Source: an uncultured Smithella sp. (GTDB taxonomy: Bacteria > Desulfobacterota > Syntrophia > Syntrophales > Smithellaceae). Taken from it: a DNA stretch of 55,502 nucleotides. The notes below the pieces were generated by a model. It saw only the letters and a program-made list of their open reading frames with translations. It was not told where the DNA came from and made no database searches. Positions 47,321-55,502 of the stretch are shown here, piece after piece. Within the stretch, counting starts at the first letter, position 1. The number at the start of each line of letters is the position of its first letter. A program made the position numbers and the translations under genes. Where the stretch lies: contig CAZGDK010000004.1 of NCBI GenBank assembly GCA_964525155.1, positions 1-55,502 on the forward strand, read 5' to 3'.

Positions 47321-49393
47321 CTAATTCTCTGGCAGCGCCACTGCCCCGCATTTTTTCAAGTAATTCCACACACCCTCATAGAATTGAAAATTCCGTGTTT
47401 TGTCTTCGCCTGTGCGGTCCCCTACAGGTACAAATATAACCATTCCCTTGCGTGCCCGTGTGAGCAAAACTCTATAGCCATTCTTGGCAACTTCTATTAG
47501 TTTGTCTTTTTGCCAATCAGCACCAGAAAATTTATATGCAACCCACTTATCATTCTCTCTTCGCAGGTCGGCATCCCAGCAAACAACGCTGTAGTCCAGC
47601 TCCAACCCTTGAATGTAGTATTGATTTTGAACTGTTTCTAATGCATTCGATGAACGGATATCACTGCTTGGCGCTAACATCCAAGTTGCGATATCCGGTT
47701 TATAATCCACAAACAAACCTTCAGCGGCCAACCGTCTTGCTTGACCTGACGCAATAAGTCCTGATCGTTGAGCACCGACAGTCATAAATTTGGCCCATTT
47801 ACGAGCAGTTTCAAGACGACGAGTTAACCATATTGTATCTTTGTTTTCCACTAGAGTAATTGCCAAAGATTGTGCCTTGTCAACGTCACCCCCGAGCACG
47901 GCACTAACCCATTCCTCCACTTCGGAATTGCGGTAATAACGCATTGACTGATGAAGATGACCGTTTTGCATTGGTATGCGACTTTCATGTGTCTTCCATT
48001 TTTCACAATCTTCCAATTCAGCCAAGTCAAGAGTTATGTTTGAAATTGAAAACGTCCAGCCATTACGTTCAGCAGCGCCTAGCCAAGCAACAATGCCACG
48101 TTCACCACTATTTATTGCCTGATTGTGACCAATAAGCGCAACGACAACAGCCCCTCCATCGGGGTATGCCTTTCTTTGTGCTGAAAGGATAAGATCAGCT
48201 TCATGATCCGAGAGTTTTTCCCTGAGCACCATTCTACCTTTTTCGTAAGTCCGTTGCGCCTCATCAAATACTAACACACGACCATCTTCTTGATGATGCA
48301 CAGTTCCGCGGTTTCCTAAAAAATTATGCGCTTTGACAATTTTGAAACTTGCTGCGGATGCAACTAATTGCGCATCAGACCGGTGATAACCTGTTGGTGT
48401 CCACGTCTCTGATCGTTGGCCTTGGCTGCGGTACGACTTGCCAAGCGCTTTATTAAGAACCTCAACTAGGGGTGCATTACCCGTGACGAAGACTGAACCT
48501 CCAGTAGTTGTGCCGCGCATAACGATATCGAGACCAACAAGGGTTTTCCCTGACCCCGGAGCACCGGATAGAAACACAATGTGATATTTTCCATTCGTTA
48601 GCGCCGATTCAATGTGTTCACGGATCTCTTTAACACTTGCATCAATCGCAGCCTTTGGGGCTGCATGGTCTTGAATAGCGACAACATCATGGTTGCCATA
48701 CAGGGAAAGAGTTGCATCCAATATTGAGGAAGAAGGATGAAATGGGGAATCAATCCATCCCATTAGTGATACTCCCGCGCTCGATCTACGATTTTCTAAT
48801 CCAATGCGAATAGCTTCTTGCAGGCTGTTCCTATCGCATTCCATGGGCTTATAAGCTAAAGCAGACCAACTGTGACCTGTCAGAGTTGGCCATTCCACAG
48901 GTGACGAAATCCGGCCATTTGTCAACACGATTACCGGTACAACTATTGCGCCATTTCCATCACACCATTCCTGCGTGATACGGTGGAACTCAAGCAGATT
49001 GACAGCATAGTTCATCACTTGGTCACGGTCTGCTCGCTGAATTTTTGTCCGCTTGAATTCAACGATAAAAAGCACACCATCGGCAAGCAATAAACAATCC
49101 ATTCTCAGACCGCGCCTGTGAAAATCGAATTCGAGAATAATGTAGCGGATTAAATTGCCGCCTGGAGCGATTAGGGCTTCTCGAAGAATCGGGATACGTT
49201 CATCCAAACTTTTTTGGAGAATATCGACACTTTGACGCCACTCCTCGCTTTGCGTAGACTCAATTTCTAAACTTTCATCAGCAGCACGTCCGGCCAGTTG
49301 GTTTGCGATTGTGTCTCTTGATGCTGCGAGAAACTCATCGCGTGTACCATAGTACCAAGCGGCGTAACGTCTGGATCTATGTTGTTCGGTCAT
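47321..49393 (-). CDS. PD-(D/E)xK nuclease-like N-terminal domain fused to a DUF2075-type P-loop (SF1 helicase-like) ATPase.
   Basis: Nuclease-like E..D..ExK (ILEFDF ... MDCLLLADGVLFIVEFKR). Walker A GAPGSGKT. Walker B VLVFDEAQR. C-terminal YRVLLTRARKG. ATG 49393 has GGAG 9 nt upstream. The track start at 49408 is a TTG. Confidence 0.8.
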   Translation of the reverse strand: MTEQHRSRRYAAWYYGTRDEFLAASRDTIANQLAGRAADESLEIESTQSEEWRQSVDILQKSLDERIPILREALIAPGGNLIRYIILEFDFHRRGLRMDCLLLADGVLFIVEFKRTKIQRADRDQVMNYAVNLLEFHRITQEWCDGNGAIVVPVIVLTNGRISSPVEWPTLTGHSWSALAYKPMECDRNSLQEAIRIGLENRRSSAGVSLMGWIDSPFHPSSSILDATLSLYGNHDVVAIQDHAAPKAAIDASVKEIREHIESALTNGKYHIVFLSGAPGSGKTLVGLDIVMRGTTTGGSVFVTGNAPLVEVLNKALGKSYRSQGQRSETWTPTGYHRSDAQLVASAASFKIVKAHNFLGNRGTVHHQEDGRVLVFDEAQRTYEKGRMVLREKLSDHEADLILSAQRKAYPDGGAVVVALIGHNQAINSGERGIVAWLGAAERNGWTFSISNITLDLAELEDCEKWKTHESRIPMQNGHLHQSMRYYRNSEVEEWVSAVLGGDVDKAQSLAITLVENKDTIWLTRRLETARKWAKFMTVGAQRSGLIASGQARRLAAEGLFVDYKPDIATWMLAPSSDIRSSNALETVQNQYYIQGLELDYSVVCWDADLRRENDKWVAYKFSGADWQKDKLIEVAKNGYRVLLTRARKGMVIFVPVGDRTGEDKTRNFQFYEGVWNYLKKCGAVALPEN

Positions 49394-49601
49394 TTTTATT
49401 ATCTCCAAAATGATTAAAAAAGGGGATGGTGTGAGTATTTTTATTCGACAATATATAAATTCTCTAGCTGCATGATTATTTTACCTAAAGTCAATCCATC
49501 ATGTGTTCAAGCTTATCAATAGCCAATTGATCTGGGTCGTATCTTTACTATTGACATTTGCACATCTCTTTCCACTTTCAGCCGGGATCATCCCCAAACG
49601 C

Positions 49602-49849
49602 ATTCTTGGGGTCTTGAAATATGAGCATTCCGCCGCCCTTTCCTCTATATATCGATGATGCCTGATGAAGCGTGCCGAATATTACAACTGTTTCAATAGA
49701 TTGCAAGGAAATTCGTGGAAATTCGTGAATGGTGGATGAAGAGACGGGAAGGAAATAAATGTTCCGGGTTCTACGTTCAATGTTGAAAGAAAACGAAGAT
49801 AAATCCATCCACCTCCGGCGCTTCGCGCCACCTCCGCCAGCGGAGGACA
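49602..49849 (-). repeat. Interspersed repeat, copy B. It is the full element with an insertion of about 120 nt and a 23-nt core deletion.
   Basis: The ends match copy C. ATTCTTGGGGTCTTGAAATAT..CCCTTTCCTC is at 49602-49646 and CATCCACCTCCGGCGCTTCGCGCC-ACCTCCGCCAGCGGAGGACA is at 49806-49849. Confidence 0.75.
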
Positions 49850-49991
49850 ATGTTATGCGAGCTATTAGAGTCAGGTCTTGAAACATTAGTTTTCTGATCC
49901 CGCCCGACATTTATATTGCACGCGATTTTACAACTTCTAGCGAAAGTCACAAACATTCTCTGCCAGAATTTCCTGATTACAATTCTATCAA

Positions 49992-50207
49992 TTACAATTT
50001 CCCGCTTACCAACTGCGGATGTTTTTCTTCTAGCCATTTGATGATTGTTTCACGCAGTTCTTTTACAAAATCAATCAATTCATCCACATCATCAGCAGCG
50101 GCCACACCTATATAATCATATTCCGCGGTATTTCTTTTAATGCGGCAGGTATCCAAACAAATAATCGGGACAGGTACATTTATTAACGGTCTCATAATAG
50201 TATTCAT
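49992..50207 (-). CDS. Small ORF (71 aa) resembling the C-terminal half of a HEPN-type protein. Possibly a gene remnant.
   Basis: RIKRNTAEYDY...DVDELIDFVKELRETIIKWLEEKHPQL resembles the R-x-x-AEY plus C-terminal helix of some HEPN families. No upstream partner or SD is evident. Confidence 0.3.
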   Translation of the reverse strand: MNTIMRPLINVPVPIICLDTCRIKRNTAEYDYIGVAAADDVDELIDFVKELRETIIKWLEEKHPQLVSGKL

Positions 50208-50229
50208 GAGTGAACTATTTTCGTTTTTG

Positions 50230-50300
50230 GCCGTCTTCCCGGCGAAAGCCGGGAACCAGCTTCATTAATTTCTGGATGCCGGCCGCCGCCGGCATGACGA
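50230..50300. repeat. REP-like twin GC hairpin element.
   Basis: TCCCGGC-GAAA-GCCGGGA (50237-50254) and ATGCCGGC-CGCC-GCCGGCAT (50276-50295). The spurious translation ..RRKPGTS..WMPAAAGMT resembles widely seen palindromic-repeat pseudo-peptides. Confidence 0.5.
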
Positions 50301-50323
50301 ATGTGCATTCAATTATGAGACGA

Positions 50324-51240
50324 TTAATAATTATAATCCCTGAGCTCCTTCAGGCATTCACTGATGCCTGTCACGCGCGCTCCGCTTTTGATGGGATAGC
50401 CGGAGTCGGTCATCGGACAGACACCCCACGTTCGTTCCGGTTTCAATGCCGCAATCGTCTCGGCAAATCCTTTTGACAAATGCGGCGTCAGAGACGCTTT
50501 AATTTCGAAGATCAGCTTTTTACGACCTTTTGTTATAACCAGATCGATTTCTTCACCGGAGGATGTTCTGTAATAGTGCGGCTGCCATAAGGGCATCTGC
50601 TCAATCAGCCGTTCAATGCACCAGCCTTCCCAGGAAGCACCGAATACGGGATGCCCGTATAGTTCGGTTGCAGAGTCGATTTCCAGAAGCGTGTGCAAAA
50701 GCCCGCTGTCCCGAAGGTAGATTTTGGGCGATTTGATCAGCCTTTTTTTAAGATTTATTTCCAGCGGCTGCAGAAGCCGCACCATGAACGTCTGCTCCAG
50801 AATGTCCAGGTATTTACGGATGGTGTTATGCGACAAATCCATGGACTGCCCGAGTTTGGAATCGTTCAAAATTCCGCCGTGGTAATGCGCAAGCATTTTC
50901 CAGAAACGCGACATGGTGGTCATGGGAACGGCAAAACCTAACATGGGGATGTCACGGTTCAAATAATCCTGAATCATGTCACTCCGCCATGCATCGCTTT
51001 GCGCGTCCGTATCCGCAAGAAACGCCGGCGGAAATCCGCCGCGCCACCACAGTTTTTTAAAATCCCATTCCTTTTTCGCGGCTGCATCAAGTTCACTCCA
51101 CGTAAAAGGCGTCAACTCGATATAATGAATGCGCCCCGCCAGCGTTTCCGAACTTTGCCTTACAAGATCGCGCGATGCGGAACCCAGAATCAAAAACCTT
51201 CCGGCTCTCCGATTCTGATCCACAAGCGCTCGAAGAAGGT
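50324..51240 (-). pseudogene. 5'-truncated AAA-ATPase/DUF4143-family gene, lacking the Walker A/B region.
   Basis: Homology-like sequence begins at ..LLRALVDQNRRAGRFLILGSASRDL..ETLAGRI and continues through a DUF4143-type C-terminus. The P-loop that normally lies about 60-70 aa upstream is absent. The upstream reading frame runs into the purC-like gene end. Confidence 0.6.
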
Positions 51241-52074
51241 TTACAGAAAGATACTGACAAACTCCGCGGCGGAAACCTGGTTTTTGTTCTTGATGGTCTT
51301 TTTGCCGTCGGACGCGCTCGTCACGGCGCATTTTTTAAACAATGTGCAATGCCCCTCCTGATCCGGCTGATATCCGCGGCAAACGCGCAGTACGTCGGGG
51401 GATATTTCATCAATCAAAACGATTTTGCCGTCGCCGTATTTCAGCCGCCCCAGTTCAAACTTGCCGTCGATCACATGAAGACCCCTGGTTGTAAATTCTT
51501 TGGAAACGATTTCGGCAATTTTTTTGACCAGTTTAACGCTTTCGGCAATCTCTTTTTTGCTGAGGGCGCCCGACTCTTCCAGAGCTTCCAGCGTGATCAG
51601 GATGTCGCTTGCGCCTTTGGTCCATGCTTCGACAACCTTGTGAACATTCTTGCAGGGACGGATAAAGGGATAGCGCCTCCAGAAGCTTCCGGTTGCGTTG
51701 TTGCGCCAGGTGAATTCCAGGTTTGCCAGCGGCTCGGCCCCCTCTATGCCTTTGACCTCCACGTTCATGCCCAGCGGAACGGCCGGCTCCACAATCATTT
51801 CATTGTCGCTTACGGTGTCAATATAATGCGTAGGCACGCCTCTGGCTTTGAGCCCTTTGAAAAAGTGAGTGGCAAACCGGCACGCGATGGCGCCTTTTCC
51901 GGGAATTTCGCCGACGACAACATCATAACCGGGATCGAAAACCGGCTTGCCGTTTTCCATATAGCCCGTTGCCCTGTCTGTAAAAACAAACCGGTATTTT
52001 CCCTTATTCGCGCCGCTGGTGATTTTGTAAACGTCCTTGGATTTCCCCCGATAAACAAGATTTTTTTCCGCCAT
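51241..52074 (-). CDS. purC: SAICAR synthetase-like protein (PurC family, divergent).
   Basis: LVYRGKSKDVY, DGKFELG and LIDEISPD blocks. GAGGAGGG SD. The middle region and C-terminal tail are atypical. Confidence 0.7.
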   Translation of the reverse strand: MAEKNLVYRGKSKDVYKITSGANKGKYRFVFTDRATGYMENGKPVFDPGYDVVVGEIPGKGAIACRFATHFFKGLKARGVPTHYIDTVSDNEMIVEPAVPLGMNVEVKGIEGAEPLANLEFTWRNNATGSFWRRYPFIRPCKNVHKVVEAWTKGASDILITLEALEESGALSKKEIAESVKLVKKIAEIVSKEFTTRGLHVIDGKFELGRLKYGDGKIVLIDEISPDVLRVCRGYQPDQEGHCTLFKKCAVTSASDGKKTIKNKNQVSAAEFVSIFL

Positions 52075-52142
52075 AACCCTTCCCTCCTCTTATATTTTTA
52101 ATGAAACCATAACGCAGGCTCAATACCCCATAACCCCTCTCT

Positions 52143-52940
52143 TTACAATATCTGCTTATTCTTCAAGGCATGGACCACCAGAAACGTGTTCCATTCACGG
52201 TCTTCACCGCCCCATGACCCGTCTTCTTTCTGCACGGTTGACAATAAGGGGAATGCCTTTTGCCATTGCCTGTGCGCCGCTTCCCCATTTAAGTGGGCCA
52301 GAGCATTCACTGTAAGGAAAAACGGTATGGGGGCCGGCCAGATGCCGGATGATTTTTGATTTTGCTTAAGTTCATCAACCAGATTCATGGCCACCTCGTC
52401 ACGGGCGTATGCCGGGTGAACGATCAGCGCCCGCAGGATGTTGCTTTTCTCCGGCCAGAGCGCTTCTTCGCCAGCATGCCGGGCAAGCCATTGTGTCAGC
52501 AGGCGGTAGTGCGCCCCAATGGCTTCATCGTTTTCCAGCCCGAACACGGAAGCCAGAAAAAGCGTTGCGCACACCTGGACCAGCGTCTGCCTGGCGCTGA
52601 TAAAGGGCAATTCCCGAAAAGCGTCGTCCGGCAGATCCGCCAGATACGGGCCGGACAAATGCCCCGTTAATGTGTGGTCGATCAGCCAGTCCAGAGCCCT
52701 CTGGATATCTTCCGTTCTTTCCCGAACGGTCAGATGCAAACCAAACAGGCGCCGAATGGTTTGTACAGGCGACTGTTCCCAGGACCCGTCGGCGGCTTGC
52801 CCCTCCATCAGGGAATTTACGGTTTCCCTGAAATCACTTTGCCACGCGGAATCGTCGGTTTCGCCAAGCCATTTGCGGCGCGCATACAGCCCGGCCGGTG
52901 ATTTGCTTGCTTGAAATATCTGCAGGGGATTATAGCGCAT
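52143..52940 (-). CDS. Hypothetical protein with prenyltransferase/terpene-cyclase-like alpha/alpha-toroid repeats.
   Basis: Repeated DGSW motifs (AADGSWEQS, KEDGSWGGEDREWNT). Helical composition. Start is ATG 52940, or alternatively TTG 52949. Confidence 0.45.
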   Translation of the reverse strand: MRYNPLQIFQASKSPAGLYARRKWLGETDDSAWQSDFRETVNSLMEGQAADGSWEQSPVQTIRRLFGLHLTVRERTEDIQRALDWLIDHTLTGHLSGPYLADLPDDAFRELPFISARQTLVQVCATLFLASVFGLENDEAIGAHYRLLTQWLARHAGEEALWPEKSNILRALIVHPAYARDEVAMNLVDELKQNQKSSGIWPAPIPFFLTVNALAHLNGEAAHRQWQKAFPLLSTVQKEDGSWGGEDREWNTFLVVHALKNKQIL

Positions 52941-52970
52941 GGCAACCAATCATATTCTCAGGGATCACAT

Positions 52971-53122
52971 ATTCTTGGGGTCTTGAAATATATGCTTTCC
53001 GACACCCTTTCCTCGTTCAATGTTCAATGTCAAAAGACCACGAACAATAATACATCCACCTCCGGCGCTTTCGCGCCATCCAGCATTCGCCGGACTGACG
53101 CCTCTGCCGGCGGAGGACAGCG
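52971..53122 (-). repeat. Interspersed repeat, copy C (compact full element of about 152 nt).
   Basis: Fills the intergenic space between the SDR stop and the next gene's start. It contains both conserved ends. The core hairpins are CCTCTGCCGGCGGAGG and GGCGC-TTTC-GCGCC (plus-strand reading). Confidence 0.8.
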
Positions 53123-53134
53123 TGGCCATATCAC

Positions 53135-53995
53135 TTAATGCGGCAAATTTAAAATCTCCTGTTTTGTTATTTTCTTAACCTTGCTGATGACCAGTTTATC
53201 CACGCACCAGGCCGGCAGAATTTTCATCATCTGATATTCAAATTTATTTTCCGCGACGATGTAGCGCAGCTTCGGATGTTCAACCGTCAGGGCTTCATGT
53301 ACCACTTTGGCGACTTCCACCGGATGCAGACCGCCGGTTTTGCCCTTCCGGATCATGTATCGCCCCATGGCTCTGGCTTCATCCGCAAAGATGGGCATGC
53401 CATCCTTTTTGCTGTTGAACAGGGCCTCTCCCTTGTCCCAGATCGGCGTTTTGATATGTCCCGGTTCGACCAAAACCACTTTGACGCCATGCGGACTCAC
53501 CTCTCGGCGCAGGGAATCCGAATAGCCCTCCAGCGCGAATTTACTCGCGCAGTACGGACCGGCAAACGGTGTGGCGAAGAAACCGCTGTCCGAACTCATC
53601 ATGACAATCCGTCCTTTTGCCTGATGCAACAAGGGAAAGACGGCCCGTGTGATTTGATGAACCCCCAGCAGATTGACTTCAAACTGTTCGCGCATGTCCT
53701 GGGTGGATACGTCCATCAGCGGCCCCGCTTTCACGGTTCCCGCGTTATTGACCAATCCGAATAAACCGGCGCCCTGTTTTTCGATCATTTTTCTCATCTC
53801 ATCGACGTCTTCATCGCAAGTCACATCCAGCTTCACAGGCGTGATATTGGAATGACCGGACCATGCGTTCAGATCCGACGGATTTCTAACGCCGGCAAAG
53901 ACATGAAAGTTTCGTGACGCCAGGAAAAGAGCCGTTTCCCGCCCGATGCCGCTTCCCGCGCCCGTGACCAGAATGGATTTCAGATGGCTCGGCAT
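53135..53995 (-). CDS. Short-chain dehydrogenase/reductase (classical SDR).
   Basis: TGAGSGIGRE cofactor motif, NNAG, and catalytic YCASKFAL. Confidence 0.9.
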   Translation of the reverse strand: MPSHLKSILVTGAGSGIGRETALFLASRNFHVFAGVRNPSDLNAWSGHSNITPVKLDVTCDEDVDEMRKMIEKQGAGLFGLVNNAGTVKAGPLMDVSTQDMREQFEVNLLGVHQITRAVFPLLHQAKGRIVMMSSDSGFFATPFAGPYCASKFALEGYSDSLRREVSPHGVKVVLVEPGHIKTPIWDKGEALFNSKKDGMPIFADEARAMGRYMIRKGKTGGLHPVEVAKVVHEALTVEHPKLRYIVAENKFEYQMMKILPAWCVDKLVISKVKKITKQEILNLPH

Positions 53996-54016
53996 AATTC
54001 ATTGCTCCCGTTTTTT

Positions 54017-54058
54017 AAAAAAAATCCCCGGAAGTTGACAGGCAGTTCTTCCGGGGAT
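54017..54058 (-). terminator. Rho-independent terminator after the porin gene.
   Basis: Perfect 11-bp stem ATCCCCGGAAG / CTTCCGGGGAT with a 13-nt loop. On the minus strand it is followed by TTTTTTTT. Confidence 0.65.
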
Positions 54059-54083
54059 TGATACATTTTTTTAAATGCCGCTT

Positions 54084-55452
54084 CTAGAAGGTCAGCGTCA
54101 GTTTATTGAGAACGAGGAAGTTGTCGCGAACCTCTAAGCTGGAATCGGAGCCTTTGAAGTAATCCCCCGTAAAGAGGTAGCCGGCGCCCAGCATGTAACT
54201 CAAGTTGTTGGTGATTTTGTAAGTACCGGTCAAATTGATTTCCGTTCCGTAAACGTTGGAAACCGCTTCCGGACCGATCGGCAGAGTTTTGCTGTCGGCC
54301 AGCGCATAAGATACGGAGGCCATAATATCCAACTTGTCGATCGGGCGGATGCCGCCTCTGACCTGGAAGAACCAGGCATTATACATACCCGTATCATCAA
54401 GGCCGAAAGCGTTGCCAACAAAATTCATCTGTGTGCTGGTCAAGCCGTGTCCGGCAATCGTCCCAGCCCAATAGTTGCGATCGAAATTAAACAATATTAA
54501 AGTCGGATTCCATTCCATCCCTCCGGTGATGAAACCGCCCCGGATAACGCCGGGATTGTTCCAATCCATACCGGAAGCATAGGCGACAGAAGCCCCGAGA
54601 TAAAACATTTTTAAATTTGCCGTCGCATCAACCCAGCCGATCAGATTATCCACACGATATTCCTGACCTCCGGTAATATCATTTTTAATATCGCCCCAGG
54701 CATAATCCAATTCGGCTTGAATTTTGACCGGCCCAAAATTGACGATGGCATAAGGCTGCAGGCAATAAATTTTTGCAAGCATTCCATCATCGGGCCTGGT
54801 CGACGCCGAACGATAATAGATAGCCAGCAAACCGGCCTGTCCAGTCTTCCATTCATAAAATGCGCCAACCTGATACTTGTCGGTATCGTAATCGGCCGCA
54901 AGCGATGCCGTTGTCGCCATCTTGCTTTTTTCCGTCACTTTAACAACTTGGATAAATGCTGTAAGTCCCTTTGCCTGAATAGCCCAGGTGAACAAACCGG
55001 CGGGAAGCGAATTGTCGGCAAACACCGTTCCCCATCCGCCGTCATCCTGCATGCCGAAATTAAAATAGCCGATGGGCGACTCATATTCTAAAAAGGCCCA
55101 GTCCAAACAGATATTCTCGTTTTCCGCCCTGGTACATGCTGACTGCCTGGTTTGAACGGCATCCGGAGCTGTTCTTGTAGCCCCCCAGGCCCGCTCCATC
55201 GCATCCATGCGCGTAATCAACTTCAACCCCTTGGATACGGTGAACTCCGTTTTCATGCGCAGACGCTGATAGTAAAATGCCGTGCTGGGATTCCCGTCAT
55301 CGGTGCCCGTTCCTTTTTTAAACGAGGTTTTGTCCTGATACAAACCCGCGGCATAATAAGAACCGCTGAATGTAACGTCAAACCGCAAAAGCCGATGCGC
55401 TGAAAACCACGATCAGCGCCAGTGACAACAAGTACAACCATGATCTTTTCAT
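54084..55452 (-). CDS. Outer-membrane porin-like beta-barrel. The signal peptide is in a different frame, so there is an apparent 1-nt frameshift.
   Basis: The barrel ORF (54084-55388) ends ...LNKLTLTF and has no signal peptide. ATG 55452, preceded by a GAGGGGG SD, encodes MKRSWLYLLSLALIVVFSASAFAV-stop (55378-55452) in another frame. Confidence 0.6.
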
Positions 55453-55502
55453 CTTTTGCCCCCTCATTTTTAAGTTAAATACTTGTACAGCAATTAATTT
55501 AA

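Noticed and set aside
49578-50037. ORFs of 110 aa and 86 aa across repeat copy B, and the 75-aa ORF 52911-53138 across copy C.
   Set aside because: They are composed of the interspersed repeat sequence (pseudo-peptides such as ..SSAGGG..RRRWM..). The same DNA occurs in both orientations relative to flanking genes, which argues against coding.
51175-52101. A 308-aa plus-strand ORF antisense to the purC-like gene.
   Set aside because: No motifs. The minus frame has PurC blocks and a strong SD.

Overview
This 55.5-kb window looks like a chromosomal segment from a diderm, probably anaerobic bacterium. The gene content is Desulfobacterota-like (anaerobic glpABC, a giant BcrAD/BadFG-type activase, many signal-peptide/OM-barrel proteins), but that taxon call is inference only. 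All family calls come from reading motifs in the supplied translations; no database search was run.

I support about 45 CDS, one tRNA-Arg(CCG), several hairpin terminators and a few sigma70-like promoters. I found no rRNA, CRISPR array, integrase or transposase.

Gene content, left to right:
- CpxRA-like two-component pair plus a small OM barrel.
- A 7-gene minus-strand envelope operon: MacB-type ABC, duplicated-FtsX permease, LolA-like carrier, alpha/beta hydrolase, OM barrel, PaaK-like ligase, GNAT-like protein.
- trkH-trkA and a 1397-aa double-ATPase activase.
- Dienelactone hydrolase lipoprotein and znuACB, with paralogous 10-TM transporters on both flanks.
- ihfB-like, rluB, scpB, scpA, trpS and HU.
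- A secreted S8 protease with a [11 protein letters not shown]-terminal module.
- glpCBA and, further on, glpK, separated by two secreted proteins that share a signal peptide plus a QWW-polySer-GWW-polySer leader.
- M50/CBS protease, a coiled-coil exported protein, a DUF4124-glutaredoxin and amiC.
- tRNA-Arg followed by an accessory stretch: a PTP-ADP-ribosylglycohydrolase fusion, an AT-richer PD-(D/E)xK-DUF2075 nuclease/helicase, gene fragments and a novel interspersed repeat.
- purC-like, SDR and a frameshifted OM porin.

Best candidates for something undescribed:
1. The QWW/polySer-leader secreted pair inserted in the glp locus.
2. The tRNA-adjacent PTP-ARH plus nuclease-helicase locus with its repeat family.
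3. The make-and-export envelope operon.
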